From Schizochytrium sp. TIO01 (Eukaryota > Protista > Bigyra: Labyrinthulomycetes): a DNA stretch of 64,000 nt. The stretch spans positions 1,178,001 through 1,242,000 of the forward strand of contig SMSO01000035.1 in assembly GCA_004764695.1 (NCBI GenBank), given 5' to 3'. This document shows positions 36,401 to 49,184 of the stretch, piece after piece (position 1 is the stretch's first letter; every line of letters begins with the position of its first letter). Made by a program: the position numbers and the translations under genes. Below the pieces are notes generated by a model. That model saw only the letters and a program-made list of their open reading frames with translations. It made no database searches and was not told where the DNA came from.

Positions 36401-38326
36401 CCCCTAGCTGATCAGAAAGTAGCTCTCGGTAGTGTTCATGGCATTTTCTTTCAGCAACGTTACATCTAAAAAGTCTCGTCTTTCAGTAAAAATTCTGCTG
36501 AGATTTCTCATCAAACCATCATGAAGTTCGTTATCGGTAAATCTCTTGGAAAGTGTTTTTAAACAAGCTCAGAAGGTCGAGAATATGCGTTTGAGGTGCT
36601 TCTTATGTCGAGTTGAACGTATGCTGTCAAAAGAAGGACGTGTCCGAAACCTGAATTGGTGATTGAGTACACGAAAACATTATCTTACATATCTCTCCAT
36701 ATTTATTAATATCATTCTTTGGCTCGTATAAGTTTCCATGGCAAATTAGAACTAGTCCACTTTATACTATGATGCCAAGCCGAACTTGTTGAGAGGTTCA
36801 ATCGAAGGAACTAGTGGACAAGACATTGCTAGAATTCTTGGCACCCTTTTGTAAAGACCTCGCACACAGAAGGCTTACAAATAACGACAGCCAGATTTAC
36901 GTGGCTGCTAAAGTCAAGAACCAAAAGTGCGACAACATGTTAACTAGATCCAAACATGGTATAACTTAATTTGATCATGGCTGAAGAGTTTGAAGTAACC
37001 TCGACCCGTAGGGTATCTCTAGCACTGCCCAAGAATGTCTTAGCCTCCTAATTACTACATGAATCAGTCTGCCCTGGGACTCATTTCCAGGGAAATAGCT
37101 CGCTACCTCTTAAATCAACCTTCTTAAAGCCTTCATCAAGACGCTTGCCTTCATCTTACAGTCAACCTCAAGCTGGCCGGAATCACATTTCAGTACAACT
37201 GAATGCTAACTCTATACGCTAAATTCATAAAGACATATGAAGTCTCCTTCAAGCCTTTCCGCACCAGACCTCCTTATTCCCAAAGCTACCTTGATTGATA
37301 AGAATGCGTGCTGAGAACTGCACGATATAATTTTACTTAGTACTGCAGATCAGCAGAGGTAGTTAAACAAGGATAGCTGGCCCAGGAGAAAGAAAGGAAG
37401 AGGATTTTTACGTTATTGGGGTTTCGGATCTAGATACAGACAGGATAAATGTATCATGTTGGACTTAAGAATGTCGGATATGAGAGCTAGGTTAGGTTAG
37501 ATCCCACACTTTGAGTCCGTCCACTCCTGGGACCTCCTAGCAATTACATCATCTCCTATTTATTGAAACATCTGGCCTTAAAAAGATAACAACATTATAA
37601 AAATAAAAAATCTTTTCCTTGGAGTTAGAGAAAGTTGGACCCAACTGAATCAATGTGATGAAAGAAACTTCCATAAATACCCCTAATAATAGATAAAATG
37701 AAAACAACTGTCCTCAAGTGAGGTAGGTCCCTCAAACTATATCAGGTATTTAACTCACGGACCATGTCTGCCACAGATGATACTTCTTTAAATCACCCCT
37801 GGGCATGTATAGTAGGGAGCATAAGTATACTGTCTTGCATACGTTTTGCAACAAAAACCTTCTTCAGCGTGCCAATATGCATAGAAATTGGTTCTCTTTA
37901 ACCAATATTAAAAGAAATAAGCCTTAGAGAGTAAAACATAGCGTCCTTACTAATTGGGTAGCAGTGAAGACTAGATGATGAAATATGTAAGTTGAATGTG
38001 GATTGTATTATATGGTGACTAATAATGTACAAAGGATCGAGTTTCTCTGCAAAAGCAAACTATCTGAGAGGCATTATCGTTACGATCAAGATGCTTCATT
38101 TAAACGTTTTCTAGGTAGGCTGAATTCTTTAAAGCAGATACTGAATTGCCTCAGCTTAATATATTTATTTCCTATTTTTTCACTGGCGTATAGATAGGAA
38201 AGGTATTGAAGCGTCTGATGATAAGCAACTGGGGCATCTATTGAGTGCATAGATGCACTCCCTTTCCTCATAAATCATTCTTCAACTCCAACCATACTTT
38301 GCCTCTTCACGAAAGCACGAAGAGAC

Positions 38327-39200
38327 GTGAACACATTGAATGCTGTCGCAAAGATCGGAACAATGTTGCTTATCAATTCGAGACCACCTAGTGCTGTCCA
38401 TAAGCTTCCTATGACACCCATAGTAATCTCGACGAGGAAGCTCCCGCTTGGCACGTTTCCTTCCGGTCTATTTATTGTACCGTCGAGCGTCTACAATCGT
38501 TCGCCCCTGTCCCAGGTTGTTCCGATCACTCGACATCTCCATCTCCACAATCTGGATCTGGCATAGGCCATCCATTGTCCCAGGTCTTGCGAGATCAGCT
38601 GTTCAGTCACTCGACCAATTCGACACGAAGACGGACCCGTGTGCATGCATCACAGTCCGTCTCTAGTCACCCCTGACCATATCTGCGGATTCCCTTTCAC
38701 ACACTTCGTCGCTCAATCGTTGGAGCGGCCATGAGAAGAAGAGAAGATGTCTCTGCACGCCCCGCCTCCCTGAACTTTGGGACCTCAGGAGCTGAATCCC
38801 GCCATCCACGTGTCCTTCTCCATGAGCCCAGGACTGCACACCCTGAGCTTATCCCTTGGCTCTGCAGCCGCCCCCTTCAGGCGTCCTCCAGCCCCGCTTT
38901 CCTCGGCCCACGCGATGACTATTCGGCCTTCCACCCCATTCACGACAACTCTGCCGTTGCTGCTTCCTTGCCGTGCTGGCACTCTTACCGTACCCTCTAT
39001 CCTCGCCCCTACGGCTACCTTCTTCTCCTTCCTCTACCTGGAGGGCACCACAAAAGATGCTCTTAGGGTCCTCCTACCCGTATTCATAGGATACCCCTAT
39101 CTCGCGCTTCTCTTCTGTACCGCTACTGTCTCTGCTAGGAATCCCTTAGCCGACTCTACTTCACTGGTAGTAGCACTTAGTGACCTCCTAGCACGCTTTT
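38327..39200 (+). mobile_element. Possible decayed non-LTR retroelement fragment (GC-rich island)
   Basis: Peptides TLNAVAKIGTMLLINS and FLPVYLLY...PCPRLFRSLDISISTIWIW loosely resemble L1/Tx1 RT domain 6 and the post-RT motif; weak. Confidence 0.22.
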
Positions 39201-40491
39201 TTACTATTACGAGCGATTTTTTTTAAATAGAAACTGAAAACAGAGGACCTTTTAAGATGATCATAACAATAAAGTTTTTTTTTTTGCCAATTTACTTTAT
39301 TTTTTAAAATTAATTTTAAAAGAGTTTTACTATGTAAAGTACTTTTTATTTAGAGATAAAAGAGCCTGAGTGTGAATAATAGAAGGAAAGAGAAAAAGAA
39401 ATAGAAAAGGGGAGAAAAAGGCGCGAAAAAAGACGAAAGTGAACCAAAAAAAGGAGTGGAGGGAGGAGACACTGGCGAAAGGTCCCTGTAACTCTGGTGG
39501 TCGATTACAGCGTGAGTGCTAGTAGACAGAGGTAGGCCTGGCTAGTCCAACCCGTAGCACTAGGCATTGAAGGTGGAGGAAAAGAAAATTTCAGTCCCAG
39601 GCCCTTCCAGAAAACAGCTGGTCCTCGAATGACGGCGAATGAGTGAGAATGAGTGAGAATGAGGCCCAGCTGAGATCGCAGTAGTTCAATCGCCGTGAAA
39701 TCGTTTTTTTAATTGGGCAGATTTCCTTTTCAGACCTTCACAGTAACATGGGAGTTTTTCTTTTTTCCTTTTCTATTTCTTTTCTTTTCTTTTCTTTCTC
39801 TCTTCTTTCTTTCTCTCTTTTCTTTCTGTGTTCTGTCTGGCTCACTTGCTAGCAGTGCCTACTTGATACGGGTAAGTGCGAGAGAGGTTTGAAAATAAAA
39901 GTGCCCAATAATGAATGAAGTTAGGCGCGGCACAGCATTGCGATGATGGACCATCAGGCAAACAAAGACAACTCAACTCCACTCAACTCCACTCCACTCG
40001 ACTCGAATGGATGGACGGATGGACGAATGGATAAGTGGGCGGGGACACGGATGGGTGCAGAGGCGGCCGAGGCGGCGCCGCGCCTGCTCGCGAAGGGCGT
40101 GAACCTGCGCTTTCTCCTCCCTGTCGCGCTGCTGATCGACGTTGACGAAGGTGGTTCTCATGATACTTACACCAGCCAGCTGGCTAGTAGGTGGCTAGGT
40201 GGGTACTAGTGCCTCTCTTACGCACAGTTGCTTTCGTTCCCTCTCTCGAAGGAATTTGCGCAAAGACTTCGCCGCGTGTCTCATAAGCAATCAATCAATT
40301 AGGCGATCAATCAATTGTTCCACAGAGGCGGAGGCAAATCAACACCAGCATCGGGAATTTAACGCGAGAGGTGGCGCGGCAGCCTGCAGGGTAGGGATGA
40401 CGAGGAGCTACAGCTTCTGAAGCGGAAGATGCGGTTGGTGTTCTGAAGCTGCTGCTGCTGCTGCTGCCGCGCTGCTGCTGTGTGAAACCGA

Positions 40492-40780
40492 CTTAATTTA
40501 ACTTAATTTGCTGTGACCTGATTTGTTTTGATTTGATTTGATTTGATTTAATTTAATTTAGTTTGATTTGATTTGATTTGAATTGATTTGATTTGATTTG
40601 ATTTGATTTGATTTGATATAATTTGGTTTGGATTGGTTTGGATTGGTTTGGATTGGTTTGGTTTCGCTCGGATTGGTTTGGATTGGTTTGATCTAATTTT
40701 TGATCTAATTTTTGATCTAATTATTGGTCTGATTTGATCTGATTGATCTGATTTGATCTGATTTGGTTTGATTTGGTGAT
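40492..40780. repeat. Compound pentanucleotide satellite (TTAAT/TTTGA/TTGGA-TTGGT/TCTGA variants)
   Basis: About 290 bp of 5-nt-period repeats with blocks of variant units. Confidence 0.95.
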
Positions 40781-41465
40781 AAACTAAGCCCCAGGCGGAG
40801 GATCAGAGCTCACATGTTGAGAGAGGACGAGCACAGCGAGAAGCTGGCTAGCTCTCTTGCGGGTTGTCTGCACATCATGAAGTCTCACGGTTCACGGCTG
40901 GTGGTGATGATGCACTGATGACGATGACGATGCCCAGAGCGAAGGGTGCTCACAACTTCAAGCACACTCTCGTGGTTCCTGCGGTTTCTCAAAGGGCGGC
41001 GAGGTCTGCCACGATTTAAAGCGAGCATGACGCTGCGAAATTGAGATTGAAACTAAGAGTTAAGAGCGTCGTCATCGAATCTCTGCCTCTCAAGCAGCTG
41101 GCCGAGATCGCGGGTTCGCCAAGAGGTAAGCGAGCAAGCAAGCGAGCTTGTCAATCGAGCGGGGGTCTGAGCGGCGTGCCGCGAAGATCCATCCACCCTT
41201 CTTCCGCAGAGTCAGTTGAACGCTTGAATTCGAATGAATTTGGTAACTAAGTCCTCCACAACCCGAGAGATCGTTCTTGGCAGAGAATTTATAATTAATT
41301 CTCAGCGAGAATTGGATGTGTCCAAGATGAAGAAGAACAAGAACAAGAACATCCATCATCAAGAACAAGATCAACAATAGCTTGGCGCTGAAAATGAAGA
41401 GGAATCTTTGCCGTGTCCTACTATTGTTTTGCTTGACTTGCCTTGCCGAGAAGGAGGAGGCGGCT

Positions 41466-41497
41466 GTCAGTCAGTCAGTCAGTCAGTCAGTCAGTCA
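41466..41497. repeat. (GTCA)8 microsatellite
   Basis: Seen directly. Confidence 0.95.
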
Positions 41498-41968
41498 AGA
41501 GCAGAAGGTGAGGCCATTAACTCGTGAATTGACTTGACTACTTTTTGTTGTTCTCTTCAGCAGCAGGAGCAGCAGCGCTTGCAAAAAATACAACGTGAAG
41601 TGAGCAACGATTCTTGGCAAGCTTCTTAAAGAAGGTGTCCTCTCTCGTCAGTCATCGCTGTAGCAGTAGCGAAGAGCGAGCGAGTGAGTGAGTGTAAAAG
41701 TAACGCAGTCAAGAAGAGCTTTTGAGAATTGCGGGAAATTTTGGGGAGAACGATTTGAATATTTTATATTTTAACCGACCAAATTGGTCCTCGGTGCGAA
41801 CAAATCAATCAATTAGGTTCATGATAGAGAGGGCGAATTTGAATTCTTACTACAGGCACTTAGACGTATTATATATATTGGTAAAAACAATTGGCTCTTG
41901 ATTGAAGGAGAGGGCGCCGTAGTTTATTAAATCTTGAAGTATAAATATGCAGCGAGAAACCTGTCGGC

Positions 41969-42901
41969 TTAGAGCTCGCGGCGCTGCCAGTAGTTGGCCG
42001 GCATCATACCGTACCAGTGGAGAGCACCGACCATCAAGGCTGCACCTACAAAGTTGCCGAGGATGACAATGATCAAGTTGTGTCCGATGAACTGGCCGAC
42101 GGTGACATCAGCGCCGTAGTACATACCGAGGGGGATGAGGAACATGTTGGCGACACTGTGCTCGAAACCGCAGGCAACGAAGGCAGTGATGGGGAGCCAG
42201 AGGATGATCATCTTCTCCATGACGGTGATGGCAGTGGCGGCCTGGAACACGGCAATGTTGACGAGCCAGTTAGCAGCGACGGCCTTACCGAAACGAAGTC
42301 CAAGGCTGCCAGCGACCTTCTTCTCAGCGATACCGGTGACAAAGGAGACGGCGTAGTCGGAGTGGACAACCATGGCACCAATGTAAGCAGCCATGAGAGC
42401 GCAGGAGATGAAGTTAAAGGCGAAACTGATGATGAGGATCTTTGCGGAGCCCTTAAGCTTCATCCAGTTGGGGCGGCGAGGATCCATGGTGACGAAGGGA
42501 AGAGCTGCGTACATCATGTTGGAGGTGAGAAGGTCACTGCCGGTGAGAACGATACCCGTGAGACCCATGGGGAAAACACTTGCGGCGACAACGGCGTGAA
42601 GACCGGGAGCATCAGCCCAGTAGGACTTGGTGCCGGCACCGAGGACGACGTACAAGGCACCACCCCAGGACAACATGATTCCGGCGAGAACGGAGGAGAG
42701 AATGATAACCCACCATGAGCGATCACCACGAGTGAGAGCACCATCGTTGAGGATCTGCATGGCGAGCTGGCCTTGAGAGAGCTTCATGGGAGGGTAAGAG
42801 GGGACGCTGTCGTTGCTCTTGACGTCGCTGACGCCTTTCTCGTCGCGGCCCTCCTCCATGACCGTGATGACACGGTTGAATGAAGTTGCGTCTTCCATCA
42901 T
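41969..42901 (-). CDS. Formate/nitrite transporter (FNT) family channel
   Basis: LAGIMLSWGG, VFPMGLTGIVLTGSDLLTSN, AEKKV, ANWLVNIAV, PITAFVACGFEHSVANM, NLIIVILGNFVG; strong codon bias. Confidence 0.96.
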   Translation of the reverse strand: MMEDATSFNRVITVMEEGRDEKGVSDVKSNDSVPSYPPMKLSQGQLAMQILNDGALTRGDRSWWVIILSSVLAGIMLSWGGALYVVLGAGTKSYWADAPGLHAVVAASVFPMGLTGIVLTGSDLLTSNMMYAALPFVTMDPRRPNWMKLKGSAKILIISFAFNFISCALMAAYIGAMVVHSDYAVSFVTGIAEKKVAGSLGLRFGKAVAANWLVNIAVFQAATAITVMEKMIILWLPITAFVACGFEHSVANMFLIPLGMYYGADVTVGQFIGHNLIIVILGNFVGAALMVGALHWYGMMPANYWQRREL

Positions 42902-43691
42902 TTTAAGCTTGGCGGAGACTTGCTTGAAGTGAAGCGAAGTGACTTGCTTGGTGTTTGAGTTTTGCTTTCACCAACTCTTGGGGTTGCGGATTTGCTTTGG
43001 CTTTGGTTGTGGGTTTGGTTGCGGGTTTGGTTGCTGGTTTGCTTCTGGATTTGCTCGCCGACCCTATTTTTACAAATTTCCTATTCACTGCCCTATTGCC
43101 ACAATTGCACTTCTATGGGCGTGCTCTGATTAGCTCTTTCTTTCTTACATTTCTTTCCAAAAGCAGTTTATAATATGTATTTATTGAATTAATTATTTTA
43201 AAGTTACACTCTATGAAAACCTAATAGATGTACTTTTAACTAGCGGATAGTGAATCTAACTAGTCTACTCTTCGGGAGTTTAGTAATGAGCTAAATAAAT
43301 ACGTAGCAAACTATATAACTTACAAACTAGCTCGCGCTCCACCTGCTTTCCGCTACTACCATTAAAGACTCGCTTCTTCCCTTTTACTCTCCCGCTCTCC
43401 TTTAATACTCGCTCTCTCTCTCTCGCCCGCTCTCTCTTCGAGTTCTGTTCCTTTTCTTCCTTCTCGGGGCCCCTTCTATAATCAACTAGCTAGCGATGTT
43501 ATTATTTTCACAAAGAGCTTTTTAATGTAAAAAGGAGATTTAAAACTCTTGAAAAGAACTCGTGCAAACTTTTCTGCTCTTACAAAAAGAAAAACAAGAA
43601 GAAGAAAGAAAAACTTTCCCCTCTGTCACCCTCCCATCTCCACATTATGATAACAATTAACGACCAGCTTTTCCAAACAAGTTCATCTTTC

Positions 43692-43767
43692 AAGAAAAAG
43701 AAAAAGAAAAAGAAAAAGAAAAAGAAAAAGTTAAAGTTAAAGTTAAAGTTAAAAGAAAAAGAAAAAA
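43692..43767. repeat. (GAAAAA)6 grading into (TTAAAG)3 hexamer repeat
   Basis: Seen directly. Confidence 0.95.
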
Positions 43768-46700
43768 GTGACTCTTTAATGCGTGGGCTTTCTTTAGCTT
43801 GCGATTTGTTCATGTCTGTTAGTCTGAATTCTATGCTTACCGGCCGCCAAACTTCCTGCCAGCGATTCTTTTTAGCGCGGCTCGCTACTCCTTTCTCCAG
43901 GGCCGACGGATGAATCTGATGATGATACTAATAAGACACCACCCACTCGGATTGCCCTGAATGCAAGTACTAACTATGACACGCCGATAGATGGATAACT
44001 AAATGAGTAAATAAGTAAGTAAGTAAGTAAATAAATAAATACGTCTATAAACGAACGTGCAACACAAGACAACTCGTTCAACTGCGCTCCTTCAATCGGC
44101 TCGGGCCAATCGGCTCGGGCTTCGGGTGCTGCGTTTGCAGTTGAACTCTATTTATGCACAGGTCTCGCTTCTTCTCTCCTCCTCCACGGCCGGCTGAGAG
44201 AGGTTCTCTCTCTCTTTGCAGCTGCGAAAGGCAAGCAAAAGCAGGAGAGAACTAACTTCTCAGTCTTCGCGCGGACCGCTACCGCAAACCCTAGCCCCGC
44301 CTACCGCCTTCGCAGGCGGGTGCCGGATTCTCTCCATCGGATTCACCGACCGACCGCGACGACGTCAGAGCCTCCAGTCTCTTTTGATTGAAGCGCTTTA
44401 CTTTCTTTAACTAATTAAATCAATTAATTAATCATAGTCAGTCAGTCAGTCAGTCAGTCATTTATTTGATTACTTAATTCTTTAATTATTTAGTTTATTT
44501 TTTATTCGATCAGGGTTCGTAACTAAGGAAGTTGGTATCTGAGGAAGTAGAGAGAAGTTCTCTGCCTTTCTTTCCTCTTCTTTCAGAATGATTAATTAAA
44601 TTTAACTAAATAATTAAATACTTCAATAAATAAACCAGTCAGCCATTCCTAAAGCCTGCCTTTTAGTTCTTTATTTTAAAACTGCTTGCTTTTTAACAAG
44701 GTCACCAAGAGAGCAGAAGAACTCGACTCGAGGCAGAGAAGAGCCACGCTCCCTCCCTCCGTCTCACTCTCGCTCACTACTTCTCACCCAGACATTCGTT
44801 TGTCCTCTCCATCGATCAGTCAGTCGAGCAGTGAATCAATGCATCAGTGACTCAAGCCGTCGATCTGTCACTCGGCGGCAGCTTCAGCCGCGGCCAGTTC
44901 TTAGCGAGACTCGTGACAGTATGACCGCCTACCACAAACTATAGCGCTCCTGGGGAGCGCCTAGGATGGCTTTTCTTCTTATTTTTAGAAAGAAAAGCAA
45001 TAAACACGAAGAAGAATTCATCCATCTGCTGCACAATAGTACCTAATTAGGCGGGTATATGAGTATTTCACTTGAGAAAATGAAATACACTTATGACAGT
45101 ACAAATCAGCTAAAGATGGGAAGATTCGTAGTGTTTCCTTTGGATAGACAGATACTCTGCTTCGCTTTGCCATGTTACATTGTGCTCTCTCTGCTTTGCC
45201 TTCGTTGCAGCCCTTGTTTTGCCGTTCATCGATGCCGAAGAGCGACAGAGCGAATAGAACGGAGAAAGAAACAAAGATAAAGAAGAAGAGAGCCCGCTCT
45301 TCCAGCTTCTTTATACAATTATACCCGCGGAGCACCAGTACATAGGAAGCATGAGGCTGCAGAGCAGAGGAGGCAAAGCACAGGAGCAAGAAGGAAGCAA
45401 GTCGAAGGCAGGCAGGCCTTCTTTCCTGTAGGCTAGGGACCGCCTAGGCGATACGGTAGAGATGGGCCTGAAAGAGGCGGAAATCGCGGTTCCTGCGGAT
45501 TCCTTTTTGGGCGGAAAAAGCCATTATGGGGAATTCGCAGAATCCGCGAGTTCTATTTCCCGTTCTTTCTTTTAAACTCCGGGTTCTTTCGAAGCGATAC
45601 CAACCTAGCTAGGCTCGCTAGCACGCGCACTTCCACCGTGCTCCCCCCGGGGCCGCAAGCGTGGAGAAAAGAACGCCTGCTAATTCTCAATTCGCCCTCC
45701 CCCGTTGCGCTCCTCGCCGCGAGAACGCACAGGGGTGCATCGCGGGAGTCCCGCCTAAAATCGGTTGCGAGCGAAAGTTCTTCTTGTTGGTTTGTTTATC
45801 TATTTATCTGTCTATTTATCTGTCTATTTATTCATTTGCTTGTTTGTTTCTTTGTTTGTTTGTTTCAAAGTTGTTTGTCTGTATCTCATGAGGAACTCCC
45901 ACCGAAGTGCAGTGAACAGACCAGAGCAGAACTCAGTTCTCAAGGACTTCTTCTTCGTCTTCTTACTCCCCTTCGAATGCGCCGACTTTTGGAGGCCTCC
46001 TTGCCAAGCGCGAGGCCGCTGTGTACCCTCGAGTCTTTCTTTCTTCTCTCTCTCACTGCGTCGATCGACTGAGCCATCCATCCGCCTCGTCTGAAGCGAG
46101 TGCAAGTGGATGGATACGGAACAGGAGCGTAGCTGGGATAAATAAGTTGCTTTGCATGGAGTCAGTTAGTTGTCCATCGTCTCTCCCTCCCGCGCAGTCT
46201 CCAGGTAGATAGACATCTAAGATGGAGAGGAGCAGCGGTACTTCGCAAGCAAGCTCTACCTTCGACTCTATCCTCCGTCGCTCACGGACACTCATCGACC
46301 GTCGCGTTCACCGTCGCGCGAACTTGCGTATCCTTCAGCCCCCGTTCATCCTAAAACTGTGATCGTAGCATCGCAACGGCGGTGGTACCTGCCTTCGCTG
46401 GACGGAGTCGGCCTGTCCTCCACCGCGTAACGCTTCTGTGATAGAACAAACAAACAAATGTTTGGAATGATGACAGCAACAACAAAATTAGAAGATAAAT
46501 AAATAAATATATATATATATATATTTATATGTAAACGTACAAATGAAACGTTTTTAGAAGCAAGAATTGAACAGAGATAGTCTAAGAACGCGACGGATGA
46601 TCGATCCCATCGAAGGGCAACCGACGTATGGAGGATTCGTTGTTGTTTGAAGATGGCCGTAGCTATCTATGGCTAGCCAGCCAGCTGTATACTTAGCAGG

Positions 46701-47281
46701 CGCGAAGGAAACCTCGGATTCTTCGTGCTTACGCTCTCCTCGATGCAAGAACGTGGTTCGCAAGTCCCGACGACTGCCGGTGAGCGAATGAAGAGATGAG
46801 TGCAAGAGAGAGAGAGAGATAAAGGGCGAGTGGGTCAGTCTCTCAGGCTCCTCCGTCTGTTTGTCTGATCGTCAGATTGTCTGTTTGTCTGTTTGTCTGT
46901 CTGTCAGTCAGTCGGTTGATCCGTCAGTTGGTTGGTTGATGAGTCGGTTGAGTTAGAGCGAGCTCAACGTCGGTTGCTCCTCCTGCGAGTTTCAAGGGGT
47001 CCAAGTTCGAGCCAAAGCAAGCTGCGGCGAGCCTGAAGGATTAGGAGGACGAAGGCCAGCCAAAACAAAGAAGTCGCCAACATTTCTCATCATCGTGATT
47101 CGTGACCAGTTGAGAAGTGGATCATCCTCAGTTCTCAGCGCGCCTTCAATCTAGCCACCAGCAGCAGCAGCAGCAGCTACCCAGCTAGCTAGGTACTGGG
47201 TGCTTAGGCGATATACTATGCTGCCCACCAAGCTTTTGTGATTCGCAAATAGAATCAATGACAACTACTGAGAAACCCCTG

Positions 47282-47283
47282 TT

Positions 47284-47319
<36 letters not shown>

Positions 47320-47320
47320 T
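47282..47320. repeat. (TTTC)n microsatellite
   Basis: Seen directly. Confidence 0.95.
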
Positions 47321-49110
47321 AGTAGATTTTAGTTTTTAATAATTGTTTTTAAGTTAGTAGTTTCGAAAATAAGGCAAACGTTTTTACGTTTCTACTTAAA
47401 AAAATTGAATTAAAAAAAATAAGAAGAGAATATACAGCATCTTATAATTGATAATATACAAGAAATTGAAAAGAATATGGAGCGACAAAAACTGAATCCT
47501 AATTTGAAAATCTCGTTCCCCGTTATTTTCTCAAGACAAAGTATATCATTCGCGTCTTTTGGCGGATGAGGGTCCCCTCCTCATCCGCCTTTCCTTCTCT
47601 GTTTCTTTCTTTGCCTCTCGGGAATATATCTCCCCCGCTTATTTTCTCCGACCGTTCAAGACCTCGAGGCGGCGCTTCTCCAACTTGGCGCGCATCGTTC
47701 ATCCTTCGTTTTGGCGCCGGAGAAATAGCCCGAGGATACCCCGTCGCCGCATGAAGTGTCTTCATTTACGTCCGAGGCGCTTGGCAGCGTCTCTGATCCA
47801 TTCCTTGGCGCCCGTCTGTCCCTGCTTTCCGCAGCCTCTTTCCTCTTCTTGTCCTCCTCGTTCTTCTTTTCGTGGGTCGCCGGCTTCGAAGGCAGAGCGC
47901 GCGAGCGTCAGCCTGAGATGCCATGGATCCATCAAAATCAACCTATTGATCGCTCTGCATCAGCAACAAATAAATAAATAAATATATATATATACGTACC
48001 TGTTTCTTTTGAAATGTACAAGTTCAACTTGGGATACAGAGGATATTACTGATTATTTTAAAAATAAAAGTTCAATGAGAAATTGGAACAATAATTAAAG
48101 AGAATTGGAGTCCAGTCTGCTTGCTTGCTTGCTTGCTTGATTTTATGAGGGAACGTGCTTAGAACGTTTAGAAACAAGCAACAATGAGGGCGATGCATTC
48201 TCAGATCACAGCGGAGTTTGTCCTTCCTGTTCTCAGGCTGCGGAAGAAGGAAAGCAAGAAGAGCCTAAGCCAGGGGTACGGCCACTTAGTTGGGTTTAGA
48301 TTTCAACCCTCCTGCTGACGTAGCGGTAGCCTTTGCTATGCAGCGTCCTATTCCTTCCTCAATTTTAATTGAGAACCCTCGACCTTTTTTTAACTTTTCT
48401 TTTTAAAACGTTTAAAATAAAAATAATTATAAGAATAATAAAGCAGAGCGCACACATTTTAAAGTTTCAATTAAACCAGCCTTTAAAAAGCAGTTCTAAC
48501 AGTAGCAACATTCGCATGATAAGTCCTTCTTCTTGTATTCTTTTATTTTAAAAATAGATAATTAAATAAATAAACAAACAACCATATGAAAGAATGAAAG
48601 CATGAAAGAATGAATGGATGGAAGTGCTATGGGTTTCCGCTAGCGAGGCCTGAGGGTCACATCCGTCGGGGGACTGACCGCGAACCGGCCCGTGCTGCAA
48701 AGCGGAATAGCAGGCAGGCAGGCAGGCACAGGTCCTCAGTGGAACGAGGAGACAACCCGTAACGGCGCCTGGCTCCGGCTCTGGCTGCGGCTCTGGCTGC
48801 GCATGGTGCCGCAGCAACAGCAGCAGCGGCGCCGCCAAAGTCTGCTCGCGCGCCGTTCTGCGGCTCCTTTCAAATACTCTCTCTCTCTCTCTCTCTCATT
48901 CTTTCATTCTTTCATTCGTCCACGATCTTCCTTCGATGAGCAACTTCAACCAAAATTACGATTGGTTCCAAAGTACCCAATCCGTCACTTTCTTTCTTCT
49001 CAACATCTTAATGAATGAATGGTGCGTTGTGATGATGTATGTTGTGTGTGTTGCAAGTCGTTGTTTGGTTTGGTTTGTCTGATTCAAATTCGCTCGCGCC
49101 CCTCCCTTTC

Positions 49111-49184
49111 CTTTTCTCTCCTTTTCTCTCCTTTTCTCTCCTTTTCTCTCCTTTTCTCTCCTTTTCTTTCCTTTTCTTTTCTTT
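49111..49184. repeat. (CTTTTCTCTC)5+ polypyrimidine minisatellite
   Basis: Seen directly. Confidence 0.95.
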
